This document shows positions 21,918 through 32,344 of a stretch of 64,000 nucleotides of DNA, piece by piece. The notes under the pieces are model-generated. The model was not told the DNA's origin, did no database searches, and worked only from the letters and a program-made list of their open reading frames with translations. This DNA comes from an uncultured bacterium (GTDB lineage Bacteria > Planctomycetota > UBA1135 > GCA-002686595), in contig CALSNU010000001.1 in the NCBI GenBank assembly GCA_943787795.1, positions 288,001-352,000 of the forward strand, in the 5' to 3' direction. Numbering within the stretch: position 1 is the first letter of the stretch; each line of letters starts with the position of its first letter. The position numbers were made by a program, and so were the translations under genes.

Positions 21918-22673
21918 TCAGGGCAGCTCGCGGATCCGGAGGTTCCGGAACTGCACGGGGGCAGCCTCGGCCTCGAGGGCGAGGTAGCCCGTGGCCGGCT
22001 GGCAGTCGCGGCCGCCGTTGACCTCTTCGCCGTTCACCCACAGTCGCACCTCGCCGTTGATGGCGCGGACGTAGTAGTGGTTCCACTCGCCGTGGGGCCG
22101 CGTGAGCCGCTGGGTCGGGAAGCTACGGGGGCTCTTGGGCTGGCCCACCTTGTACGGCGCACCGCCCTCGTCCGAGTACTCGATGGCGGGCGTGAAGGCC
22201 CTCATCTTCGAGGCGCCCACGGGGAAGACGTCCCCGTGGCTCGTGAACCAGTTGGAGTGCTTGCCCTTGTTCTTGAGCCAGTTGGCCTCGTAGCCGAGGT
22301 CGAGGACCTGGACCTCGATGCCGCTGCGGGGAAGCGTGCCAGGGGGCAGGTCCGTGAAGGCGGACTCGGGGCACCACAGGAACAGGCCGGAGTTGCCGGC
22401 GAAGGTCTCGTGCTTCCACTCGACCACCATCTCGAAGTTGGTGTAGGTCTTCTGGCTCCGGGCGCCGCCCACGGGCCGCCCGGTGCAGTGGATCACGCCG
22501 TCCTCCTCGCGCCAGGTGGTGTCGTCGCCGTTGACGTTGACGAAGTCGGCGAGGGTGAGGGTCGTCCAGCCCTCGCCGTCCACGTGGGCGCGCTGGAGCT
22601 CGGCGGCGGGGAGCGCGGCCCACAGGCCGGCGGCGGCCGGGATTGCGGCCAGGGAGAGCTTGAGGAGGTTCAT
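21918..22673 (-). CDS. DUF1080 (3-keto-disaccharide hydrolase family) secreted protein
   Basis: GNSGLF, IEVQVLD, GEWNHY, GYLALEAE, FRNLRIREL. Confidence 0.88.
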   Translation of the reverse strand: MNLLKLSLAAIPAAAGLWAALPAAELQRAHVDGEGWTTLTLADFVNVNGDDTTWREEDGVIHCTGRPVGGARSQKTYTNFEMVVEWKHETFAGNSGLFLWCPESAFTDLPPGTLPRSGIEVQVLDLGYEANWLKNKGKHSNWFTSHGDVFPVGASKMRAFTPAIEYSDEGGAPYKVGQPKSPRSFPTQRLTRPHGEWNHYYVRAINGEVRLWVNGEEVNGGRDCQPATGYLALEAEAAPVQFRNLRIRELP

Positions 22674-22680
22674 GGCGGGG

Positions 22681-24060
22681 TCAGTCCTTGGACTTGGCGA
22701 GGCAGTAGAGGAAGTCGCCCGTGCGCAGGTAGAGCCGGTCGCCCACGGCTACGGGGGAGGAGAGGGTGAAGGAGCCGTCGAGCTCGTTGACGGCCAGCTG
22801 CTTGAATTCAGGGCCCGCCGCGAGGACCACGGTGATGCCCTCCTCGTTGGTGATGTAGAGCTTGCCGTCCGCGAGCAGCGGGGACGAGGACACGGTCCCT
22901 TCGACGGTCCGCTCCGGGCCCCAGAGGGCCTCGCCGGTGGCGCCCACGATGCAGGTGACGAGCCCCGCGTCGTCCACCATGTAGAGGTGGGTCCCGTCAC
23001 TCGCCGGGGTCGGAACATCGGGGCCGCCGCGGGTGTCCCAGCGCCAGCGCACGTCCTCGTCGGTCAGGGGCTCGACGCCGCCCGTGTCGATGGCGAGCAC
23101 CGGCCGCTCGCGGGTCGGCGCCACCAAGATGTCGCCCACCATGACGGCCGACGGCACGATGCGGTAGTTCGTGGCCTTGCGCGGGTTGAGCCCGTCCACG
23201 CGCCACAGCTCCTTGCCGGAGTCGAGGGCGTGGCCCGTCACCACGTCGCCGCCGGTGATGACGAGCTCGGCGCCGCCCTCGCGCTCGATCACCAGCGGCG
23301 TGGTGTAGGCGTCGGGGGACTCGCGCGGCGCGTCGGTGGGCCGCTCGGCGTGCCAGCGGAGCTCGCCCGACTTCGCGTCGAAGGCCGCGATGTAGGAGGG
23401 GTCGTCGGTCTTCATCCCGTGCAGCACCTGCACGATCAGGAGGCCATCGTGGAGCACCGGGGAGGAGGCGTAGCCCCAGAGAAGCCCGAACGGACCCCAG
23501 CGCTCCTGCAGGTTGGTGGACCACGCCAGCTCGCCATCGAAGTCGTGGGCGCTCACGGTCCCGTTCCCGGTGACGGTCCACACGTGGGCCCCGTCGGTGA
23601 CCGGAGAGGCCGAGGCGCGGTTGGCCTTGTAGTGGAGCTCATTGCCCTCGTCGAGGCTCCGCGACCAGCGCACCGCTCCGTCCGTCGTGCTCAGGCAGTG
23701 GAGCAGCATCTGGGGGCCGCCCGGATCACGGCGCGGCCGCCGCCGCCCCTTGGGCTGCTCCTCGGGAGCTTCGGGCGCGGGGGACGAGGCGGAGAGGACG
23801 AAGAGGTGGTCGCCGCTGATGGCGGGGGTCGCGCCGGAGAACGTGGGCATCGGGGTTCGCCAGACCACGTGCTCCTCGACGGTCCACGTGGTGGGGAGCC
23901 CCTCCGCGTCTGGCGCGGTTCCCCGGAGCTCGGGGCCCCTCCAGTTGCTCCACCCGGGCTGGCCGTCCTGGGGGCCGGCGAGCGGCGCCGGGGCCGAGGG
24001 TGGCGTGGCTGCGGCGAGGAAGAGGACGCCCAGGAGCGAGGAGAGGGGAGGAATCGTCAT
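22681..24060 (-). CDS. PQQ-like beta-propeller protein
   Basis: Signal peptide; WSNWRGP, ASPVTDG, ASSPVL, SSPVAVG. Confidence 0.85.
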   Translation of the reverse strand: MTIPPLSSLLGVLFLAAATPPSAPAPLAGPQDGQPGWSNWRGPELRGTAPDAEGLPTTWTVEEHVVWRTPMPTFSGATPAISGDHLFVLSASSPAPEAPEEQPKGRRRPRRDPGGPQMLLHCLSTTDGAVRWSRSLDEGNELHYKANRASASPVTDGAHVWTVTGNGTVSAHDFDGELAWSTNLQERWGPFGLLWGYASSPVLHDGLLIVQVLHGMKTDDPSYIAAFDAKSGELRWHAERPTDAPRESPDAYTTPLVIEREGGAELVITGGDVVTGHALDSGKELWRVDGLNPRKATNYRIVPSAVMVGDILVAPTRERPVLAIDTGGVEPLTDEDVRWRWDTRGGPDVPTPASDGTHLYMVDDAGLVTCIVGATGEALWGPERTVEGTVSSSPLLADGKLYITNEEGITVVLAAGPEFKQLAVNELDGSFTLSSPVAVGDRLYLRTGDFLYCLAKSKD

Positions 24061-24197
24061 GTGGGGGAAGGGGGCGGGGGCTCACGCATCCTATCGCTCC
24101 GGACCCGGATTGCGGTGACGGCCTGGGGGCCCCCTGGGTGCTCGCCCGAGCTCCAGGCACCCCAGGGGTCGTGCTCGTGGCCCCTGCTGCGCCGGGG

Positions 24198-24221
24198 CCG
24201 GAGCCCGGAACCGGGCTCCGG
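24198..24221. promoter_or_regulatory. Perfect 11-bp inverted repeat (ccggagcccgg-aa-ccgggctccgg) in a divergent intergenic region
   Basis: Read directly; a second, imperfect inverted repeat spans about 24131-24168. Confidence 0.45.
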
Positions 24222-24355
24222 ACGGGGGACGCTCCGCGGGCTATCACGATCGAGGGGTCGCCTCTACCGTGATTCAAACCACGCGCCCGTCCCCGCTCCT
24301 CGAAGGGAGAGGGCCAGGCGACCCCACCCTTTGACTGCAGTCCCCGCGCCGCGCC

Positions 24356-25831
24356 ATGATCCGAGCCACCGCCAGCCTCTTCATCGCCCTCTTCATCTCC
24401 GCTCCCGCGCCGGCGTGGAGCCATGCGGACGTGGAGGCGCCCAGGGTGCTGTTCCTGACCCACTCGGCCGGCTTCGTTCACTCGGTCGTGCGGCGGCCTG
24501 CGCCTGACCAGCTGGCCCACGCGGAGCGAGTGCTGAAGGAGGCGGCGGAGGGCCGGCTTGTGGTGGACTGCACCCAGGACTGCGGGGCCATCACCGCGGA
24601 GAACCTCGCGGGCTACGACGCGGTCCTCTTCTACACGACGGGCACGCTGCCCATCAGCGACGAGGGGAAGGCGGCCCTCATTGACTGGGTCCGCGCGGGC
24701 GGCGCGTTCTGCGGCGTGCACTGCGCGACGGACACCTTCTACGAGTTTGCGGACTACATGGGGCTCGTGGGCGGCGCGTTCGACGGGCACCCTTGGCACG
24801 AGGAGGTGACGATGACCGTGGAGGACGGGATGCACCCGGCCACGTCGCACCTCGGGGAGCGCTGGGTGCTGACCGACGAGATCTACCAGTTCAAGTGGTG
24901 GCACCGTCACCCCAACCACGTGCTGCTCTCCCTCGACGCCGGCGCCAACGATGTGGCCCGCGGCAAGCGCGTGGACCGCGACTATGCGAACGCCTGGTGT
25001 AAGGACTTCGGCCAGGGGAAGATGTTCTACACGGCGCTCGGGCACCGCGAGGACGTCTGGACGAACCCGGACTTCCAGGAACACCTGATCGGTGGGATCG
25101 AGTGGGCCGTCGACGGCGGCTCGGTGTCGGCGCCCGCGCCCCCCGGCGCCCTGGTGCTCTTGGATGTGGCGGACCGCCGTCCCTCACGGACGCTGGCCGG
25201 CTGGCGGCACGGAGATGGTGGCGCGGCGAAGTGGCGGGTGACGATTCCCACGCCGAAGGCCAGCACTGGCGGCGCGGCACCTTCGGAAGCGGCGGACCCC
25301 GCGGTGAGCAAGGAGTTGGCGGGGCGTCTTGGCTACATGCAGGTGGTGCCGGGGACCGGCAACCTCTTCACCCGCGCAGAGCTAGGGGGCGATTACCTGC
25401 TGCACCTCGAGTTCATGGTGCCGCCCACGCCGGAGACGAGCGGGTGGCAGGACCGCGGGAACAGCGGCGTCTATGTCCAGGGGCGCTATGAGGTCCAGGT
25501 CCTCGACTCGCTCGGGCTCAAGCTGAGGAGCGGCGACTGTGGCGGGATCTACGGCAAGCACGTCGCGGACGTGGACGCGTGCAAGCCCGCGGGCCAGTGG
25601 CAGAGCTACGACATCGAGTTCCGCTCACCGCGCAGGGACGGCGAGGGGGCAAAGTCGGAGAACGCTCGCATGTCGGTCTGGCACAACGGAATCCTCATCC
25701 ACGACGACGTCGAGGTGGATGGCCCCACGGCCGCGGCCGTCGGCGGGGACGAGCCCGGCTTTGGACCGATCATGCTCCAGGATCACGGGCACCCGGTCCG
25801 CTACCGGAACATCTGGGCCTTGCCGCGCTGA
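24356..25831 (+). CDS. ThuA-like domain + DUF1080 fusion, secreted
   Basis: N-half: GVHCATDT, FDGHPW, DEIYQF, FYTALGH. C-half: GNSGVYVQGRYEVQVLDS, LQDHG..VRYRNIW. Confidence 0.88.
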   Translation: MIRATASLFIALFISAPAPAWSHADVEAPRVLFLTHSAGFVHSVVRRPAPDQLAHAERVLKEAAEGRLVVDCTQDCGAITAENLAGYDAVLFYTTGTLPISDEGKAALIDWVRAGGAFCGVHCATDTFYEFADYMGLVGGAFDGHPWHEEVTMTVEDGMHPATSHLGERWVLTDEIYQFKWWHRHPNHVLLSLDAGANDVARGKRVDRDYANAWCKDFGQGKMFYTALGHREDVWTNPDFQEHLIGGIEWAVDGGSVSAPAPPGALVLLDVADRRPSRTLAGWRHGDGGAAKWRVTIPTPKASTGGAAPSEAADPAVSKELAGRLGYMQVVPGTGNLFTRAELGGDYLLHLEFMVPPTPETSGWQDRGNSGVYVQGRYEVQVLDSLGLKLRSGDCGGIYGKHVADVDACKPAGQWQSYDIEFRSPRRDGEGAKSENARMSVWHNGILIHDDVEVDGPTAAAVGGDEPGFGPIMLQDHGHPVRYRNIWALPR

Positions 25832-26030
25832 CGGACCCGGACCGCGGCGCCCATGGAGAGGTCCGGCGAGCAGAGCTTGCGCTCAAGGAAGATGAGAAGC
25901 GCGTAAGGAGGGCCGCTCCTGGCGGCTCCGAGCTGTCCTGAGGCCGTCCTCGACCGATTCGATTGCTAGGCTGGCTCCGGACCCTCTCTCGCTTCCCTTC
26001 CCCGGCGCCCGTCCGGCGCCCGCTGGCTCG

Positions 26031-27395
26031 ATGAATCGAACACTGCTCTCCGCCTGCGCCGCCGCGCTCACGCTCTCCGCTCTCGCCGGGTCCGCCGAGG
26101 CCTTCTCGATCCAGGAGGGGGACAGCTGGCCCTCCTGGCGCGGGCCGGACCGGAACGGCGTGGCCCCCTCGGGCGGCGCGCCGACCGTCTGGGGTGAGGA
26201 GAAGAACGTTCGCTGGCGCGCCGAGCTGCCTGGTCTGGGTATCTCGACGCCGGTGATCTGGGGCGACTACCTCTACGTCACCACCGCGGTGGAGACCGAC
26301 AAGCTTGCCGATGGGGCGAAGGCCGAGCCCGAGCCCGAGGGAGGCCGGCGCCGTGGTCGGCGGGGCCGGGGCTCATCGGGTCCGAAGAAGGTCCACGAGT
26401 TCCGCGTCATGTGCGTCAGCCGTGCGGATGGCAGCCTGGTCTGGAGCCAGAAGGTCGCCGAGACCGCGCCGCACGAGGGCATCCATGGGACCAACTCCCA
26501 GGCGTCGGCGTCACCGATCACGGACGGCGAGCACATCTGGGCCTTCTTTGGCTCCCGCGGCCTGCACTGCCTCGACATGGAGGGCGACCTCGTCTGGTCG
26601 AAGGACTTCGGGAAGATGAAGACCCGCAACGAGTTCGGTGAGGGCGCGTCGCCGGCCGTCCACGGCGACAAGATCGTGGTGCTCTGGGACCACGAGGGGG
26701 TCGACTTCATCGCCGCCGTCAACAAGGAGACGGGTAAGGAAGCCTGGCGGACCGAGCGAGACGAGGTCACCACGTGGGTCACGCCTCTCATCGTTCCGGT
26801 TGGAGATCAGGTCCAGGTCATCACGACGGGAACGGACGCGTCGCGCGCCTACAACCTCGAAAACGGCGAGGAGATCTGGTCCATCGGGGGGATGACGACC
26901 AACTGCGTGCCGACGCCCATTCACAAGGACGGGGTCGTGTACTTGATGAGCGGCTTCCGCGGCTCTGCGCTGCAGGCCATCAAGCTCGAGGGTGCGGTCG
27001 GAGACCTCAAGGAGAGCAAGAACCTGCTCTGGAGCTACGGCAAGAACACGCCCTATGTTCCGTCCGGCGTGCTCGTCGACGGGAAGCTCTACTTCCTGCG
27101 GGTCAACTCTGGTCGCGTGACGTGCCTCGACGCGGCGAGCGGCAAGGAGCACTTCTCGGCGGAGAACCTGGGTGGGATCCGCTCGGTCTACGCTTCCCTC
27201 ACGGCCTCGGGTGGGAACATCTACGCGGCGTCCCGAGAGGGCGAGACCGTCATCTTCAAGGTGAGCGACACCTTCGAGCAGGTCGCCTCGAACACCCTCG
27301 ACGACGCCTTCGACGCCTCACCGGTGATGGTGGACGGCGAGCTGTACCTGCGCGGGCGCAAGGCCCTCTACTGCATCACAGCCGACGGCGAGTGA
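26031..27395 (+). CDS. PQQ-like beta-propeller protein
   Basis: Signal peptide; WPSWRGP, STPVIWGD, ASPITDG, ASPVMV. Confidence 0.87.
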   Translation: MNRTLLSACAAALTLSALAGSAEAFSIQEGDSWPSWRGPDRNGVAPSGGAPTVWGEEKNVRWRAELPGLGISTPVIWGDYLYVTTAVETDKLADGAKAEPEPEGGRRRGRRGRGSSGPKKVHEFRVMCVSRADGSLVWSQKVAETAPHEGIHGTNSQASASPITDGEHIWAFFGSRGLHCLDMEGDLVWSKDFGKMKTRNEFGEGASPAVHGDKIVVLWDHEGVDFIAAVNKETGKEAWRTERDEVTTWVTPLIVPVGDQVQVITTGTDASRAYNLENGEEIWSIGGMTTNCVPTPIHKDGVVYLMSGFRGSALQAIKLEGAVGDLKESKNLLWSYGKNTPYVPSGVLVDGKLYFLRVNSGRVTCLDAASGKEHFSAENLGGIRSVYASLTASGGNIYAASREGETVIFKVSDTFEQVASNTLDDAFDASPVMVDGELYLRGRKALYCITADGE

Positions 27396-27480
27396 TCCCG
27401 GCGAGGCGGCGGTCCGCGTCACGGCTCTTCGGCTCCAGATCACTCTCCATGGCAAGGTCTGTGAGGTAGAGTTTCTGGCG

Positions 27481-27819
27481 ATGGACCGCTTCACCACCTT
27501 CAATCTGATCTTCTTCCCTGCCCTGGCTGGTGCGCTCGCACTGGCGGCATGGGGGGGCTGGAAGCGTGGATGGCTGCTCTCTCTCGCTGGCCTCCTGGGC
27601 GGCGTGCTCCTGTTCTGGGGGGGCCTCTTGGCCGCGCTGGGCGCCTACTTCACGGCCTGGCAGCAGATCCCTGACCCGCCGGAGGAGGCCTTCTCGGACG
27701 GTGCCTCCCTGGTCCTCGTCCTCCTGGTGGGCTGGCTCCCCGGGCTCGTGCTCAGCGGCGCCGCCTTCGCGGTGGCGCGCCTGATCCGTGCGCGTCGGAA
27801 CGCTGCTGGGAGAGCCTGA
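27481..27819 (+). CDS. Small three-TM hypothetical protein
   Basis: ATG start, three hydrophobic segments, coding-like codon usage. Confidence 0.6.
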   Translation: MDRFTTFNLIFFPALAGALALAAWGGWKRGWLLSLAGLLGGVLLFWGGLLAALGAYFTAWQQIPDPPEEAFSDGASLVLVLLVGWLPGLVLSGAAFAVARLIRARRNAAGRA

Positions 27820-27888
27820 GAGGTCCGGCAGGCCCTGGCCCCCGGCCGCGGTGCGGCTCGGCGCTGCGGCGTCTCCTCCCCGGCGACC

Positions 27889-28383
27889 TCAGGCGTCTTC
27901 GAAGCGGCACCAGTACTCTTCGATCGCGCGCCGGGGTCCGTCCGCGTAGACCGGGTTGGAGCGCTCGCAGTCTTCGAGGTCGAGGCGCAGGAAGGCCAGC
28001 ACGGCGGCGCCCTGTGCCTGGTGCAGGCCCTCGAAGCGAGGCGTGTTGAAGTCGCTCGGTTCGAGGGAGTAGCCGAGGAACTCGCCAACGTCGGACTGCG
28101 CGTCGAGGGCGGCGAGGAGGAACGCGGGCAGGAGTGCCCGAAAGGTGTGGGGGCCCATCAACGGGAGGTCCTGCTCGAGGCGCTCCGCGAGCTCCCGGTC
28201 CACGGACCTCCAGTCGCAGCCTCGGAGGAGTTCCTCGAGATCCGTGCACTCGGGGCAGGGGCAACTCACGAGCGGCGGAGCGGGGGAGCCCACACCGGAC
28301 CACGCCGCGCGAATCTGCACGCGGAGCCTATCTGTCGCCGGAGGGCCGGCCCGGGGGGCCTCCTCTTCCTGCTCGCTGGCCAT
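27889..28383 (-). CDS. Hypothetical protein (DUF6714-like)
   Basis: CPECTDL..L.G.DW...LPLM...FRALLPAFL pattern; start taken at ATG 28383. Confidence 0.5.
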   Translation of the reverse strand: MASEQEEEAPRAGPPATDRLRVQIRAAWSGVGSPAPPLVSCPCPECTDLEELLRGCDWRSVDRELAERLEQDLPLMGPHTFRALLPAFLLAALDAQSDVGEFLGYSLEPSDFNTPRFEGLHQAQGAAVLAFLRLDLEDCERSNPVYADGPRRAIEEYWCRFEDA

Positions 28384-28454
28384 GACGCCCCGGAGCTTAC
28401 CGGAGATCGGCACGCCCGAGGCGACAGGGGCCCGCCTGCGGCCCCGCTGCGGGC

Positions 28455-29474
28455 TCAGTACAGGGTGACCTGGACGGGGAGTGAGAAGTTGGAGACCGGG
28501 AATCCGAGGACCGCGTCGCGGTACCAGCACTGGAAGTGCCAGGTCTCTCCCGACATGGCGGCGACCGGACCGGTCGGCTGGGAGAGTCCCGCGAGGTCAA
28601 GCGCCAGGCTCATCTCACCAGAGGAGGAGGCGGCCTGAGCGGACGCGCTGTAGCGACCGATGGACCCCCCGAGGCAGAGCGTGCCAACCGCGTTCCCGGG
28701 ATTGACGATCTGGTCGATGGTGGTGCTCGTGAGGAAGTAGCCGACCGCCCCGCCGGGCAGGGCGTTGCAGCGGACCTCGAGCTCGTTCCGCAGGATGGAC
28801 GGGCTCCCATCGAGGGAGGTCATTGCGACCTGGCCGGTCTGATTCGCCGCGGCGACGCAATACGACTCGCCCACGGGCGGACAGACCACGGCGATGAAGA
28901 CGCCGGGGCTCCCAACGTCCCCGTTCACGGAGGTGGTCGAGCCCCACGCGTCACCTTCGGCGGCGAGGGTCCAGCGGTAGATGTCGTTCACTCCGAGCCC
29001 GGCGTCGCACCCCTGGCCGCTGACCTCTCGAGCTCGAATCGAACCGGGGAAGTCCTCGTCTCCATAGGCGAGCACGTCCACCGTCGCGCCGGCGGCGTCG
29101 AAGAGGTGGATCTCGTCGTTGCGTCCGAGGGAGGAGATCGCGTTCCCCCCGAGGACCGTGACGGCGCCCAGGCTCCAGCTCGCCACGAAGTTGGCGGCGA
29201 CCCGGTCAGTGACGAGGATGGACTCGCCCGGGTCGATAATCCCGGCGAGGGAGAGGTCATAGGTCCCCGCAATGGCCGACTTGTCGTCGATGCTCCAGTC
29301 CTCGAGATCGACGGGCAGCGAGGACAGGTTGGTGAGCTCGATGAACTCGCCGTCGAGGCCGCTGTACATGTACTCGGTGATCTGGACCTGGCCCGAGGCC
29401 TGGGCCGCGAGGGCGCTGAACGCGATGAACGAGAGTACCGCTGGAGCGGGAGTGAAGCGGAGGGAGAGAGTCAT
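28455..29474 (-). CDS. Secreted lamin-tail-domain (LTD) protein with the shared C-terminal domain
   Basis: Signal peptide; ITEYMY...EFIELTN...VDLEDWSIDD; C-terminal C...NQTG...LCLGGSIGR...GETWHFQCWYRD...SNFS. Confidence 0.85.
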   Translation of the reverse strand: MTLSLRFTPAPAVLSFIAFSALAAQASGQVQITEYMYSGLDGEFIELTNLSSLPVDLEDWSIDDKSAIAGTYDLSLAGIIDPGESILVTDRVAANFVASWSLGAVTVLGGNAISSLGRNDEIHLFDAAGATVDVLAYGDEDFPGSIRAREVSGQGCDAGLGVNDIYRWTLAAEGDAWGSTTSVNGDVGSPGVFIAVVCPPVGESYCVAAANQTGQVAMTSLDGSPSILRNELEVRCNALPGGAVGYFLTSTTIDQIVNPGNAVGTLCLGGSIGRYSASAQAASSSGEMSLALDLAGLSQPTGPVAAMSGETWHFQCWYRDAVLGFPVSNFSLPVQVTLY

Positions 29475-29485
29475 GGAGGAGCAGC

Positions 29486-32055
29486 TCATTCGAAGTTCAC
29501 CGCGAGGCCGTTGGTGAAGTTGGAGACGGGCTGGCCGCCCAGGGAGTCACGGTGCCACAGCTGCCAGTACCACGTCTCGCCAGGCATGGCGGACACGAAG
29601 CCGGTGGGCTGGGGCAGCGCCGTGAGGTCGAGGGTGAGCGCGATCTCGCCAGCGGCGCCCGAGTTCCCGATCTGGCCGGGGCCGACGTAGCGGCCGATGG
29701 GCGCGCCGAGGCAGAGGTTTCCAAGACTGCCTCCGGGGTTCGGCGAGAAGCCGGTGTTGGCGCTCACGAGGAGGTATCCCGTGGAGCCGGTGGGCAGGCT
29801 CGAGGCGACCAGGGTCACGTCGTTGTCCGCTGCCTCGCGGCTGCCGTCGGCGCGCAGCGCCGAGGCCGCTCCCGTCGAGTTGGCGTTCGCGACGCAGAAG
29901 GGCGTCCCGATGCCGCCGCACGGGGCCCCGGTGAAGGAGCCGGGGTTACCGACATCGCCGTTCAGCGAGGTCACCGAGTCCTGATAGTCGCCCTCGAATG
30001 AGAGGGACCACAGCAGAGGATTCTCGGCGCCCCAGTCCATCGGCGCAGACCCACGCGGAGGCTTCGCGCGCCGCGAACGGAACCGGGATAGTCCTCGTCA
30101 CCGTACAGCAGGCGATCCTCGATGGCGCCGGTGTCGTCGAAGACGTAGATCCCGTCGTTTCGGCCGAAGGTGGCGTTGACGTTACCCTCGAGAACGGTCA
30201 CGCCGGTGAGACCCCAGTCGAGCTGGAAGGACGCCGCGGCGCCCTCGGTGATCACGATGGACTCGCCGGGGTCAACGACGCCCGCCGCGGAGAGGTCGAA
30301 GGTGCCGGCGTTCGCGGAGCTGTCGTCGACGCTCCACCCGGTGAGGTCGATCGCGGCGCCGGACGTGTTGGTCAGCTCGACGAACTCGTCGCCGTTGCCG
30401 GAGTACATGTACTCGGTGATGCGGATCCCTGCGCTGCCGAACGGGTAGCTGAAGCCGGCGGGCTTGCCCTCGGCGAACTTTGGGGCGTAGCGCTGACCGC
30501 CCCCGACGCCCAGGGGGGCACCGGCCTCGACGTAGTAGTCGAGGCGGCCGCCAGCGGTCCCGGGGATCGGCAGCTGAGCGCCGAACACGCCGTCGCCAGC
30601 GGCGCCGTCACCGTTGAGGCCGTCGTCGAACATCGGTACCGGGATGTAGCGGCCGATCTCTCGGTAGTAGAGGTTGGCGAAGCCCACCGTCGAGCCAGGG
30701 GTCTGGATCCGCGCGGTGATGAAGGTCGGCGTGCCGACGGTCGGTGCCGCGGGGGTGTGGGCCAGCTCGGTGATCTGCGGTTGGACCTTGGTCAGGTCCG
30801 GCTGGTTCAGCAGGAAGTTGCGCCGCGTCACCAGGTACTGCTCGAGGCCCGGGCAGGGGAGGGTCGAGCCGCCGACGTTCACGAACGTCTGGGTGTTGAA
30901 GTTCGACTGGAACTGGGCGTACGAGTAGAGGCGCTTGGGGTCCGCCAGGACGGCCGCGTCGATGAGCGCCTTGTATCCGAGGAGATCGCCCTGGAGGTCG
31001 GCCCAGCTGAAGTCCTCGAGCATGGTCCGATAGTGCGCGAAGTAGCGTTCCCGCAGGCGCGGGATGGTCATCAGGCGCGAGACCGCCGGCCTGCTGCCGG
31101 CGTTGAAGCGGTAGGTGGGCGACAGGTTCGTGGTGGTGCCGCCGGGCCAACCGAACAGGCTCACGCCCCAGGACTCGTTGCCGTCGTGCTGGTGGAGGTT
31201 GATCCTGTCGTGGAGGGGGTCGTAGTAGACGTTGAAGTCAGCGCCCTTGGAGATGTAGCTGTCCTCGTCCATGAACAGGTTCTCTGCGACCAAGGCCCAG
31301 ATCGCTCCGTCCACGGCGAACTTCTCGTCGATGGCGGCGACGTCGGCGCCTGAGTTGTTCAGGGCGAACGTGCCGTCGATCATCGGCTGCCAGGGCAGGG
31401 CGAGGCCGCCGTTGTCCTTGAGCTGGTAGTTCTGGGCGTACGAGTTCGGGTTGGTGCCGATGTAGCGCAGCGCGTCCTGGCCGGTGGAGATGTTCTGGGC
31501 CTTGTACCGGGCGCCGCCCGATTCCTCGAAGTACTCGTCGAGCAGCTGGGTGTTGTACTGCTGGACGTTGACGTAGACGCCCCAGTTCTCCCCGTTGAGC
31601 CGGAGCTGCACGTGGTTCCCCTGGCCGGCCGGCGTGTACCTGCGGACGAAGCGGAAGAACCCGATCTCACGGCAGAACGTGGGGTCCTCGATCCCGTTGT
31701 TCAGGTTCAGCGTCCTGTAGCCGAGCAGCCGCGCACCGTTGTCGGACTCGGTGATCTCGATGTTGAACGAGGTCTTCTGCGATCCAGGGGGGAGGAAGAA
31801 GAACGACGAGTTGCCCTTCACCCGGATCCCGACCCCAGGGATGGTGACTGGCGTGGGGAGGTCGGGACCCGAGAGGGTCAGGTCCACCACGAGGTTGACT
31901 CCCGTGTTGGCTGTGTTGCGGAGTGTCCCCCAGAAGTTCGTCTGCGGCAGCGTGATGTCGATCGTCCGCAGGACGGTGTCGTCGTAGAGATCAGGCTCCT
32001 GTGCGGGGGCGAGGGGAGCGAGCGCGAGGAGGCCGAGGGCAGCGAGGAGACTCAT
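29486..32055 (-). CDS. Secreted CotH kinase + LTD + shared C-terminal domain; two +1 frameshifts at about 30030-30075
   Basis: IRVKGNSS, LNLNNGIEDPTFCRE, LNGENWGVYVN, DEDSY, HDGNESWG; MFDDGLNGDGAAGDGVF; LTD. Comparison with the 28455 paralog restores the frame. Confidence 0.85.
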
Positions 32056-32344
32056 GGGGGGGGATCCTGGGGGGAGCTTTGGCAGGCCCATCCTACCGCC
32101 TCGTGAACAGGCGTCGCTCCTCGTGACGGACGAGGAGGGGCATGTGATCCACAAGTCCCCTGGAGTCGCACGATGGGACGGTCGACGGTTGCTCTCGAAG
32201 GCCTCCCTGACGAGCCCCAGGGCCAAGCGCGTCACGCGCGCCGCCGACAGGGTCTCTTGCGATCTGCGCGCGGCCAGGCGTTTGCCGGGGCCGGGTGGGT
32301 CCCGTCTTCCCGCGCGCGCGGGCCTCACCCGCGCGCTGAAGGGC

